Positions 43,511 through 59,806 of a stretch of DNA of 64,000 bases are shown here, in pieces. The stretch comes from the human T2T-CHM13v2.0 reference genome, Homo sapiens: the NCBI RefSeq assembly GCF_009914755.1, contig NC_060925.1; one strand, 5' to 3'. The number at the start of each line of letters is the position of its first letter. The first letter of the stretch is position 1. A program made the position numbers and the translations under genes. Below the pieces are notes generated by a model, which was not told the origin of the DNA, did not search any database, and worked only from the letters and a program-made list of their open reading frames with translations.

Positions 43511-45451
43511 AGAGTCAACCACCACACAGAAGAAGACAGAGCTAAGAGATGGAAAAAAAGAAGGAGAAGGGGAGGAAGAGAAAAGAGACTGAGAGAAGGA
43601 GGAAAAGAGGAGGAGGAGAGAGAGCACATTCCATTGCGCTCAGGTTTGGTCAGTAACAACCCTGAACTTCCCGATTATGGGTGCCATCAGGACCAGCTAC
43701 ATAAGGGCAAAATTAAATTTGGAGACCTTTGTTAAAAAATCATTAATAATTTCAAGACAGCAAGAGTCTTATCTGGCTGGAAGGCTTATGGGTAACCACA
43801 CCTCTGCCCCATTTCCTTTATAATTATTACCCATGGTGTTGTTCAGTAAATATTTGATGAGTAAAGGAATACATTCTTAGGTTTTTGACTACTGTCTGAG
43901 TGACATATCTTGAGTTACACAAACTGAAATGAGACATGAGCACCATAGTGCCTCAAAGAATGTATAATCTAATGAATGATACAGATGTATCATAATTGCC
44001 TCAGTGTTCACTCCTCTCTTCACTCTGCCTCTGTCCTAGGTAAGCTCTCTATGTTGGTGTCCCTATTCACCTATCTGTTAAGTGCATTTGTAAAGTACCT
44101 ACTGTGTGCCCAGAAGATGGGGACACAGAAGTAAAAGACCTACTTCCTGCACTTAAGGATTTCACAAACTACTGGAGGCGGGGGAACAGCAAAGTGAGAG
44201 GAAGAAGCGACAGCAAAAGCATGTGCATTGACATCACTTTGTGATAAGTACAGTGATAGAGTAGTTGGGGACTGTTCCAAGAACACAGAAAGATCTATAA
44301 TGCTGACAGCATGTGGAAGGAACTCTGGCTTCCAGTTCTAGGCAGCCACATAATGCCCAATCTGAAACAAAACATAATGCACCTCAATCCCTGGTCAAGA
44401 TCAAGTGAGATGACATGAGTGAAAGCACTTTGTAAACTGTAAAGGGTCATTAAAATGTTAATAAAAGAGTTTCTTGATGACAAAGCCTTTTCTGTCCACA
44501 GCAATATTATTGGGCTGGCTTATTTGGATAAAGTACACATTTCCCCTGTTCCTTTTACAGTTTGGAGACTTTTTTTTTTTCCCTAGTGGCTTGATTTCTT
44601 TTCTACTAAGGAGAGGTTAACTTCAACTGTATCCCCCTTTGCCTTGGATTCTAGAGAGGCCTATGGCCCTGAGCAGGTGCCAGAAGTGGCTTCGAAGCAG
44701 TTAGCTGCAGTGCTCAGTTCACATAGAGAGGAACAGCTTGTTCCTGGAATGTAATTTTCCCTGAACCAAATCCTAGCTGAGTTGGGAGACTGAGCTGGAA
44801 AACTTCCAAGTTTTACTGCCGAGCTTTAAGAATATTGTGTTTGTTTCAACAAGGGAATTGTAACTAGAATGCAATACAATAAAATGTTTTAGAAAACACT
44901 TCCCAACCTCTATTGGCTTGTGAACACCTTTTACGGTTATATAAAAACTTGCACATTTTTAGAAACTTAAATTATTATTTTTGCCTTGAATATGATAAAG
45001 AAATAATTTTTGTTTTTGTCTTTAGCACCTTAATATTATAATGCTAATTTGATGCAATATGTAATAATATTTGTAAAGGGAAATAGATGTCAATTTCCCC
45101 TTTTAACAAATGAGTCAAGGTAATAAATCAAAATAATTTTCTAAAAATAATTTGTCTATGAATAAATTTTGAAGTAACATTGTGTTTTTTTGGGAGACCA
45201 TATGAATATTAAGACATAGACTGAAATTTAACTATGTGATGAACAATGGCATCAAAAATAGACAAACTTTTTTCATTATCTGCTATTGGAATTCTTCAGA
45301 TTTCCCCTGAGTTATTTTGATAAATGTTAGTGTTTTGTTTCTAAATGGCAAGAAAAAGGGAGAAGGTTTTAGGTTGCTATTTGCAAGCATGTCCTAGTAA
45401 ATAAAACATATGATGTGACAAGTATTTTCATCAAATGAAAAGTCGGGTTAG

Positions 45452-45772
<321 letters not shown>

Positions 45773-46485
45773 ACTACCAATTTTTAACATTACGTTTCAA
45801 AGTATGAAGGAATCTTGGTTCCGACTATGGAAGAATTTTAATCAAATAACATAACGAGGATCTGAGTAAAGCGTATCATTAGGCTAATTTGCAGAATTTT
45901 TATCATTTGTGTTCAGTCACTAACTTATTGCATGTTAACATGAGTGTTCCGTAAGCACTCTATCTTTAAGCAATGCTTCATTATGGAATTACATAATACT
46001 ATATGACCACTGTAAAACAAACTGCAAATAAAATATAATAAAATAACAACAACAAAAAAATAAACTGCAATTTTCTTGTCAATGTGTGGGACTTGATTAG
46101 ATCCTTGTTCAAAGGAATAAACGGCAAGAATCATTTCTTGGGAACAGGGAAATGTGAATATGGACAGGGCATTAGGTAATATTAAAGAATCACTGTTAAT
46201 TTTGTTAGGAGTGATAATGGTAGTATAGTTATATAGGAAGAAGTTTTTATTCCTATGTAGTGCATACTGAAGTATTCAGGGGTGAATTGTCACAACACCT
46301 TGGGATTTATCTTAAAATACTCCACACACAAAAATAAAGACAATATGGCCAAATGTTAGTAACTATTAAACTTTCATGGTAGGTATATGGGGCTTCTTAA
46401 ACTTCTCCCTCTACATTTTTGTGTTTGAAGATTTTCATAAGTTAAAAAAAAAAATGTAGTCACCAAGTAGTACAAGCCTCCCACC

Positions 46486-46503
46486 CACGCCCTCTAGTGG
46501 CTA
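46486..46503 (-). promoter_or_regulatory. Candidate CTCF site just past the RD3 3' end
   Basis: Reverse complement TAGCCACTAGAGGGCGTG, close to the CTCF consensus. Confidence 0.65.
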
Positions 46504-46628
46504 GTGGTATTGAGCTGGGTGCAAACAGGCTGGCTGTGGTAGTCTTGAACACACTCAACCCATCCCCTCCAAAATAACACCAGCCACTCATCAGATACTT
46601 ACAAGGACACTCTCAAACTTTTTGTTCT

Positions 46629-46634
46629 TTTATT
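46629..46634 (-). terminator. RD3: RD3 distal polyadenylation signal
   Basis: TTTATT on + (AATAAA on -), followed on - by GT-rich sequence (GTTTGAGAGTGTCCTTGT...GGTGTTATTTTGG). Confidence 0.65.
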
Positions 46635-47269
46635 TGTGGTTATTGAGGTTTCAATAATAGTAATGGAAGCAGACCTCATTAGTCCCTTTAACAACCTGAA
46701 TCCAGAGGAACAACTTCTGGACCCTCATGAATTTGAGAGCCACCAGCTGGGGATAGCCTGTAGTAGTCTGAGGAGTGTCTAAGGAGGGTGGTGGATTCTG
46801 TCCACATGCCTGCGGCTCGAAGGGAAGGTTTTCATTGGCAGCCAGTTACTTAAACTTAAGAAAGAACACCACATTGAAAGCCTAAGGTCTTCCTTCTCTT
46901 TGGGGAGAATAGGTACATGTAAGGTGATAGGGAAGGAGAAAAATAGACATTCTCTTATCCAGCCTCCTTTGAATCTCCCTCCAGGTTAACTACTTCCTCT
47001 AAAACATTTGCTGACCCACATCCAGGGCACCCGGAAAGCCCACAATGTGGAGGCCTTTTTCTAATCCTCCCCCAACACTTTTGCCCCTACCAGCTGAGCA
47101 GTCTGCTTACCAAGGGTCACTTCTGCTTGTTCCAAAACTCTTTTACGCCAGTTGTTCTTATTGTTATGATTAAAGTGCAAACCAAGAAAACTTAAGTGTA
47201 GAACTCCCACCAGACAAAACATATAGGTCACAAAAAAGCACAGCTTGGACCCACATCAAAAGTTTGGCA

Positions 47270-47560
47270 GCCAGGCACAGTGGCTCATGTCTGTAATCCC
47301 AGCACTTTGGGAGGCCAAGGCGAGTGGATCACGAGGTCAGGAGTTCAAGACCATTCTGGGCAACATAGTGAAACCCCATCTCTAATAAAAATACAAAAAT
47401 TAGCTGGGGTGATGGCACGTGCCTGTAGTCCCAGCTACTTAGGAGGCTGAGGCAGAAGAATCACTTGAACCCGGGAGGCAAAGGTTGTGGTGAGCCGAGA
47501 TCACGCCACTGCACTGCAGCCTGGGTAACAGAGTGAGACTCAGTCTCAAAAAAAAAAAAA
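47270..47560 (+). mobile_element. AluS in the RD3 3'UTR (antisense to the mRNA)
   Basis: Full Alu with TSD AAAAGTTTGGCA. Confidence 0.93.
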
Positions 47561-49129
47561 AAAGTTTGGCAACCAAGTGAACTTTTTATGTCTTCAAATA
47601 AAATACGTAAGATGTTTAAGATGTATATTTTAAGTGATTCTCAACTTCTACCAATTACATTAATAAGCCAATCAACTCTTTCATCTTGATAGTGTTGGAT
47701 CAGAGGTTTTCCACCATCCTATGATTCTCTGTCCAGATTCAAGTGAAAATCCAAAAAAACTTCAAAAGGGAAGTTCAAAACCAAATCATTCAAAAAAACT
47801 TTTTTCCACTGAGGGAATACACACTTTTCCCCCCTGTTGATTATATCTCCTCCGGGTATTTTATTTAGGCTACTATTAAGGTCCACTTGCATTTTCTGCA
47901 TGTGTGCTGGTAGTTGAGGGTAGACACTTCCCCACCCATCCCCCTTACACCCCACTTCAACCCCAGAGTGTGTGGGAAGGCCTCCTGGCCTTCCAGATTT
48001 TCCATGGGTGATCCACACATTGGGTAATCCACATGCCCATCATCAAGGCCTAACCATGTTAGAAAAGGGAAGGACAATGAAGCTGCAGGAAGCTCTTCTA
48101 GAACATTTCACTCAGCTGCCTCAAGGTCAGTCAGGGGTTTGGGCATCACTTTCTGGAGAAAGCCAGAGAGCAGGTGTGACCAGCTGCAGAAAGCGGAACC
48201 CTGGAATTGAGAAACCTGGGCTCTTTAGGGCAGCATCTGAAGTCCTTGGAGCTGAGCCTCTGGAAGAAGCTGTTAGGGACTGGCCACAGCCCATGAGATG
48301 ACATTGTGGCGTGGGGTAATGAGTAACCTACCTCCACCCCTAGCTACACTTCTTGGAGAGCAGCTTAGATTCTCATCCCACTGCCAAGGTAAGAGATGGA
48401 TCAGGCCACAGGTAGGTAGAGATGTAGCCTTTGGACCTGTCCCTTCATAGCCCAGGATTCCAAACTCAGGAACAGACACTATTCATGCAGGAACAATCTC
48501 ACTGTTCATGAGGAGCTGGCTGCAGTTAAAGGCAGAAGAAGTGTCCCTCTCTGAGCCTCAAGTTCCACATTTACTAGCTGAAGAGAGTGGATCTAAATGT
48601 CTCTCTGGTCCCTTCCAGCTGTGCCTGCCTATGAGGCTGTGTGTGACCCACCTGCAGTGGTGAGCTCAGCCAGTCACTAGCAAGAAGGCATACCAGCCAA
48701 CAGGTCCCTTCTCATTGGGGATGGGGGTAGGGGGGTGAATGGGACATCCCTGAAATTGGGGTGAGAACCTAGGTCTTGCCAAAAGGCAGGGCAACTGTCC
48801 CCTTTTAGACAGAACCAGGAGATGAGGATGGGGCAATGGTCTGTCTTCCAAAACCTTGAATCTGCCAGTTAGGGAAGGGGCTGCTCCTGCAGACTAGCGC
48901 AGGAGAGGGAGAGGGCGGTGCCGCTCTACGACCTAACTCAGCTTTGTGGCCAGAGGAAGAGGATGGGGCAGGGAGTCGCTTCATTTTATAGCAGCGTCTT
49001 GGGATGGGGCCGCCTCTTGGGTCTCCTCGTCAGGCCTAGGTGGGGAGGTTCCAGGGCCCGGCGCTCCGGTCACCGGCCTATCATTCCCCCTGCAGAAGGC
49101 TCCGCTTCTGGGCAGGGAAGCGGCCGGGG

Positions 49130-49513
<384 letters not shown>

Positions 49514-51202
49514 TCATGGCCAATTAGTCCACTCTACTCTGCTCCTGAAGCGAATCAGGAACCACCCCACGCTGCTACTGCTTCAACCAATCCTGCGTTC
49601 AAATCCCAGCTCTGCCACTTCTGGCCTCAGTTGGCCTCAGCCTCCTCGTCTGTCATCTGAGATGACAGCTGCCTTTGTGTGAGCTATAATGAACTAAGAT
49701 ATGTAAAGATCCTGACACTTACCTAAGGTTGTTGATGACGAAGCATTAAGGGGAGCCCTTTGCCGTGGCAGCCTTCTGGCTAAGCCTCTCCTGTCTCTTC
49801 TCCACCCACTGGCCAGCATGATCTTTCTGAAACCTATATCTGATTATGTCACTGCCCCTGTGATATTCCTTCCAGGTGAGCTGTTTGCCATGCACAGGGG
49901 TCCCCTGATACTTCCCTGGAAGACCCTGCACATCAGCTGGGAAGAATCACTTGTGGCCCCGACATGTCCCAGCTTCTCCCAAGGCCCTGTGTTTTCCCAA
50001 GCTGTTTACTCTGCCTAGGCTATCTTTGCTTAGAGCTCACAAGTTAATGTTAGCAAGTCTATTTAATACCAGGTTTCCTCCACCAGATTGAGAGTCAGGA
50101 CTTCCCAGCAGTGACATGAGACCGGAAATGAGACAGGACAATCATGACCTGTGTGTACCCAGCCTTCCCCCTCACTTTTGAGGCTTGATTTGCCAGCCCA
50201 GATTCCCTTTTCAGCAGCTCCACCCCATGACCCACCCCCGTCCCCAGGTGCTTCTGGAATAGATACACTTTGGAGGCTTCCACAGTACAGAATCAGAGCT
50301 GGGGGAGAGTAAGGTTCTCCATCTGGAGGAAGAAAGGGGAGGGATGGTAAAAGCTCTGCAAAAACCAAGGAGTGTGGACGGGGCTGAAGAAGGTGAAAGG
50401 GGCTGAAGGAGAGGAGCTTTTGAAGGGAATTTCAAAGAAAAAGGTGTATAATAAATGCATATGTTGGTTAAAGGGATGGGTGAGGGAAGATTTTGGGAGA
50501 CTAACAGGAGTTTTAAGATGTTTTATTGTGGATTTATATTCCTTTACAAAGAGAAATGTAGACAAAGAACTTGAGTTATTTTGAAATTACTCGATGCTTC
50601 CTTGACATCAGCACCAATCCTTCTGAGACAGGACCATGTGGTCACAGCTTCAGTAAGTCAGTAAGGTTACATTTATATTCAAGGAATATTGTTGTACCCA
50701 AGCTCTAAATGTGCAGTGCCCCAGGGTTTTGTTTGAACCCTTCCTACACACACACACACACACACACTCACCTGTGGTCAGACTAGCATGAAAGCTAACA
50801 TAAGCTAAGATAATTAAGAATCTGACTTTGGAGAAATGTCTGGAAAACTTCTCCGAGAAGGTAATATTGAAGATAAACTGACAAGAGAAAAGAAGCCAGG
50901 TAAGTTAAAATCCAGGACAATAACAATCTGGGCAGGAAGAAGAGAAAACTCAAAAGTATTGTGTTCTCTTGAATCAAAACTCACGCGCCTCCAGGAGCTG
51001 CCTCCTGCCTCCCGCTGGACCCCTAACCCTAGTCCAGCGTTTCATGGTCTCTTTCAGACTCCTTTTCCCCTCTTGCTCCTTCTAACAGATAACTAGGTCA
51101 TCCAGGCTCCCTGACTCTAGTCCTGGTGGCCTCAGGCCCCTGCCACTGCAGCCACCTTTCCTGGAGCCTGCAGCCCAGCAAGGGTCCCCATCCCAGTGCT
51201 CA

Positions 51203-51553
<351 letters not shown>

Positions 51554-52017
51554 TTAGTCAGAGTGGGGAACCTGGGAACCCAAGGGGGAGAGAGGAGAGC
51601 TGGGACCCAGGAGAGAAGACCTGCTCTGCCCTAACAGTTGAGTGGCCTCAAGTAGGTGGCTTAATTTCCCTGAGCAATCATTTCTAATTCTGTAAGACAA
51701 GATAGGGCTGTTGTGAGAAGCAGTTGTGAATAAACTTTGTACACTGTAAACATCACATAAAAGTAAGAGACTCTTGTGATTATGATCCTTAAAGCATCCC
51801 CAGGATTGTGCCCAGAGAAAGGGCCTCCTGAATCCTCACTAACTCCCAACAAAGCTGGAAACACATGGACTATGGCTGAGCACAAGCTTTCCCTATGACT
51901 TAAGGGGAACACACACACACACACTCAGAACAGATACATCCTATGTCAGTCTACCAGGAAAACACCCTCAGCTTCTAAATGCCTCCAGCCTATTGACGAA
52001 AGACACTTAGAACTCTA

Positions 52018-53552
<1,535 letters not shown>

Positions 53553-55957
53553 GAAATCTGAGAACTTTCATTCTCCACGCAACCTAAGCCTATCACCAAT
53601 GGAGGCTTCAGATTACACAGCTGACCGCTTCCTGGGAGAGTGGGACGAAAGGACGAACCATTAGACCCTACTCCTGGGGTCAGTAGCAGCTAGGACGTTT
53701 ACTTCTTAGCCCTTACCTGCTTTATGTGCCCAGAATAAAGAGGTTGGGTAGTACTGTGTGTACTGGGGGGTGGGAGTGCAGGGGTGGGGGTGTCATGGCC
53801 AGAGAGCCATGAGCATCAGGAGCCTCGCCTAAGGCTAAAGGATTCCATCAGTTCAGGCACAAGGACTGTAACTGTAACTGAATGTGTCACTTTCCCTGGA
53901 GTGTTTGTATTTTTAAAAGTCTATGGGTTAGGTTGATGCTTAGCACCAAAAGAGTGAATGGTGTAGCCACTGAAGAGCACTGCGAGCATGCGGAGTCACT
54001 GTTCCTGCAAGGGCTACTGAATGTGCTGGGCTACTGCACAGCTCCATGCCTTTGTCATGTTCCTCCCTCTGCCTGAAATGCCCGCCCATTCTACATGGAG
54101 ACCAGGTCTAGGGTCAGCACCCTCGGAAGCTTTTCTTGACCTTCCCATCTCCGAGGTAGATGTGGCCACTCTCTACCTTGTCCCCTGACTGCACTCTGCA
54201 CAGGTGCTTTTCAGAGCTCAGGAGCACTTTACGGAACGTGACTGCCTACCTCCCCTGACCCCGGGTGTGGTATGTGGTCAGGGCCTGTGCCTTATTCACC
54301 TTTCCATCCCTGGGGCTGGACATGTAGTCAGTAGGCACTTAATAAATAGCAAACAAATGAATGAATGAATGCCCGAACAAAGGAACGAATAAATGATGGA
54401 GAAGCTATAACAGTTGGATCAAGGAACAAGCCCCACAGACCTGACCTGACCTGATCCTGAACAAGAAGGCATTTTCCAAAGCTCCTTAGGGAGCTTTTTT
54501 TTCTTCTTAATCTGGGTTTGAATTTGAGCTGAAAGAAGAGAGCAAGAGAGTGGCTTGGCAGCAGAGGGTTCTCCTGTGGCCGGGAGAAATGTGAGAGAAG
54601 AAATGGAAGACACTGAAGAAAACTTTTGCCTCCAGGGCAAATTGACTGCAGAATATCCATGCCACAGCCACATAAGCTAACAAACTATTAAATAAAGTAT
54701 GTTCCGTTTCCTCCCTTGTGAACTATACCTTCCTAACAACATGGAGGGTGAGATTCAGACAGCATTCTTGGACTCCTCAGAGTTCTTCTCTGACACATGG
54801 AGGTGGGTTGGGACTGCTCTCGGCCCTCAGCCTGCCTCCCTCTCTTCCCACCTCCGCTTCATCCCACATGGTAAGGGGCCTTGCAAACACGTGTGGGGAC
54901 ACCCCAGCTTTCACCTCCAAGGCCCAGCCACACCCCTGCAACCAGCCACCTCTGTGCCACCCTCTGACTTAGGGTTGCTCGCTGGCAGTGCTGTCTGCCC
55001 TGCTCAGTGGCCCCTTCTGTGGGGAAGTGGGCGGGCGACTGTCTGGCAGGGAATTCTGATTTCAGTCCCTAAGCCTGACCTCGAAGGGAAGTGCCCACAG
55101 GGTGGCATGTCTCCTGGACCCCCAGACACTTCACCTCAAGGCAGAGTAAGGCCAGAAGCAAGCCCGAGTACAGTCTGGGGTGCAGCCTGTATGGGGTCCT
55201 GCTTCCCTGGGCTTAAGGCTCCCGACCTGAGCTGGCCGCTAGAGAAGGTGCTTTGTGACCCACCTCCCCCATCTCCAGATGGCAGGGGCTGAGTGGAGTG
55301 ATCCCACCTGAGTCCTGAATTTTGTGGGCTCTAAGCCTCTTTGGCCCAGGTGTAGGGTCTCAACAGGGGAGGAGGGTGTTCTGAGTCATCTCCTCCCCAT
55401 CCCCTCACTTCCCGCAACTCTGGCCAGGACTGGAGGCTTTGGCAGAAACAAGATTTCTGCTGGTGCTATTTCTGTCCCCAGTGCCAGCTGCTCCCCCAGA
55501 AGGCTCTTCAGTGGGTCCGATTAAGTTCTTAAGGGCAAAGGAGGGAGGGAGAGACAGAGGGAGGAAGAACAGAGACAGAGAGGCAGGAGGGCAGGCTAGA
55601 CAGACTCCAGAGGGGGCTGCCTTATCCCAGGGTATCCCCAGAACCTGAACCTCGGCTGAGACTGGGAAGGACGTGGTGCCTGGGGGAGGTCTGTTAAACA
55701 ACAGAAAGAGTGACCTTTGGTGAGTGTCTGGCACAATTTTCTACACTGCCTGGCTCCAGATTCACCACCGTGGCAGAGCCAACTCCTCAGTGTAAGCCCC
55801 AAGGCCCCCGCACTTGGCTCACCACCTGGCGAGTGGCAGCGCCATGGTGACCTCAGAGTCTTCCCATGATGAATGGTTCCCACTCAGTCAAAGGCACTTA
55901 CAACCTGCCTCAAACACATGAACACTGATTGAATCCTTGTTTTAAAAAATTAGGATA

Positions 55958-56951
<994 letters not shown>

Positions 56952-57084
56952 CTATCTGTGGAATATTGGCCAATAGCTCAATCTTAGGAGGTGCTGAAGT
57001 GTTTATGGGTGTCTACAATATCTTACATTCAAATAGTTCAGAAAACATTACATAAATATGTATACACACACCCCATAAACAGGA

Positions 57085-57565
57085 TGTTGGGGCTCAGAAA
57101 CCAATATCCTAAGATATGGCATTTGGACATGCTGAGCTGAAGAAGCCTCGTGGTCTCTCTGGCCCTCCCCACGGCCACCGTCTCTTCCAAAGCCTTTGTC
57201 TGCCTAAGATCCAGATCCACCAAAGGGAACAATGGTTTTTTTCTTCCCCTTTCTTAAGACCGAGAATGAGCCCCCACCTGAACAGACCCTCTCCCAGGAT
57301 AATGTACAAGTTCATTTCTGATCCCTGCCCCGTTCATTCTCCCTAGTAATCCTCTCACCAGAACTGCTGTTCTCCCCCTCCCATAACCTGCTTTGCCAGG
57401 ATGATATATAAGCTTCCGAACCACAGTGTGGGGTGAGCAGTTCCTCTGTGATTCTCCCCATGTACGCGTTTGTGATAAATGTGTACACCTTTTCTCTAAT
57501 TAATCAGCCTTTCTTGAGTTGATTTTTAAGTGAACCTTCATAGGGCCAAGCCCTTGGCCCCTACA
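57085..57565 (+). mobile_element. ERV1 solo LTR (MER39/MER34-like) in RD3 intron 1
   Basis: TGTTGGGGCTCAGAAA...CCTTGGCCCCTACA termini; TATA-like GATATATAAG at ~57403. Confidence 0.75.
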
Positions 57566-58335
57566 AGAGCAAATATGGCAAAATATTAGCAATTGTTGTA
57601 TCTGGGGGATATTGATAGATATTTATCACACTTTTCTGCATGTTTATGCATATTCAAGTTTAAAAGTTGGGAAAGCTCTACCTCAAAACTCACTTGTGCA
57701 GGAAGCCTTCCTGATTCACTCTACCTGATGGCCTGCGTTGTTCCTCGGGACCCCTGTCTGCAGTCCCTATTCTGCTCATTTCTGCTGCTGTGTCTTTCTT
57801 CACCCACGAGCCTGGGCATCGAGGCCTTGCACAGTGGCGTGTGCGGGGAGGGCCTAGGGCCTGGAGACTGAGGCGCAGGGCTGAGTTCTCATCCACTCAC
57901 TCGCTCAGCAGACACAGGAGGAGTGTGTGACCTGCCTGTCGCTGTGCTAGGTGCTGGGACTCCCTCAAGGAGTGTACACTCAAGAGAGGGGGGAAAACAA
58001 GCAGACAAGCAATTGCGATGCCACCAAAGGCACAGCTCTCCTGAGTGGAAAGGGACTCCTGGGCCTCGGCTGTGTAAGCAGTGCAGGGTGTGCCCAGGAA
58101 GTGCCTGCCCCTGTTCTCTGCATAACCGCTACTGCTCATTAACCAGCGAGGCCTTGGTTTCTGCATTTATAAAATGGTGTTCAGACACCAGCTCAGCCCA
58201 CTCCACAGGGCTTCTCTGAGACTCGGGCAGGAGACAATATGTGAAAACATTCAGTAAACTATACAAATCCTGTGCAGTGATCAGGGGTTGTAATTCTTAT
58301 GAGACACAATCAGGTGGCTAAAAAGTTCACCTGGA

Positions 58336-58633
<298 letters not shown>

Positions 58634-59311
58634 CCCACCTGGAAAGAGGTCTTGAAGGCTCTATAGAGAGGAGACAGATGACCAAATGCAATGATGACAC
58701 AAAACAAGAAGAAAAGAAATGAAAGCCAGCTAGGAACATGGGCTGGGCCCTGCTTGTTAAGACCCCTATCCATCTTGGGGTCCTTAGTAAGAATCTTTGG
58801 GCTGCGTTTCCCTCTTTTGTCTGGGAGCCGGGGTGGGGACAGAGTTGCTGCTGTCCATTGACACATACATGCCTTCCGTTCCCTCTCCCCATATTCCCTC
58901 CGTGGAGTCTGGGGCCTGGGGTCCAGTACCATCCCCACTCTCACCCCCACTCACCACCTCCACTGCTTTTGACCTCAGATGCATGCTGGGTGGCCTGGCT
59001 GCACCCCCACTCCGCCTCTACTTGATCACCAGCTCAGGTGGAGCAGGCTGGGCTTGGGGAGACAGTGCAGCCTTCAGCAGATAAAACCTGAATTCAGTTC
59101 CTACGCCCTTCCCCTCCCGTGTATGCTGCCTTTGTCCAAGTCACCTTCATGGCCCCAAGCCTCAGTTTCCCCAATCTATAAGGGAATAATAAAGGTACCT
59201 ATTTCAAGTTACTGTGAAAATCAAATGAGATTATGTCTTTGTAAATGTTTTATTTTTATAAACTAACAATAAGCTGATTCACCTAGATCAGTGGCTACCA
59301 TTGTCGCTTAG

Positions 59312-59806
59312 TACAGATTCTTACCCTTGGGTCCTAGGGAAAATTCAGGGATTTATGAACTTGGGTGGGGAAAAAAGTCATCTTTATTTCCACTAACCTT
59401 TAACTGAAATGTGGTATTTTAGTTATGAATGAGGGTCATAGACCACAGTAATATCAGTAGCCCCATGGCTTTATCTCCAGCAGAAACCACAGATTTTTCA
59501 CAAAATGCTTTAAAGTTGTTATTCTTGAATTATCTGGTATGCTCATCACTACTATGAAATTGTGGCATTTATTAGACTTGCTACTAGGTTTTATTATTTC
59601 ACATGTTGATAGGGAAGCACACATATTATTATATCATAAATCATTTTTTCTTTCTTTTTTTTTTTTTTGATAGCTGCATTTCAATAGAGCTTGTTTCCTT
59701 TGTACCCCAATGAATTTACTTTTATGCATTTAGAAGCATTTTTCTAGGAACGTGTCCACAGGCTTCACAGACTCCCAAAGGGGGCACAAAAATAAAGGAT
59801 CCCCTG
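59312..59806. mobile_element. Charlie4a-like hAT element
   Basis: GAACTTGG.TGGG.AAAAAA..CATCTTTATTT.CACTAACCT, GCTCATCACTACT, GGCTTCAC.AGACT.CCAAAGGGG...GGATCCCCTG match the recalled consensus. Confidence 0.75.

Larger units (their letters stand above)
46612..49129 (-). other. RD3: RD3 3'UTR (about 2.5 kb, contains an Alu)
   Basis: Runs from the stop codon to the distal AATAAA; the 3' end is inferred. Confidence 0.6.

Noticed and set aside
54699-55292. 197-aa ATG-initiated ORF antisense in RD3 intron 1
   Set aside because: Pro/Gly/Ser-rich composition typical of random GC-rich DNA; weak start context; no homology I recognise and no supporting gene structure.
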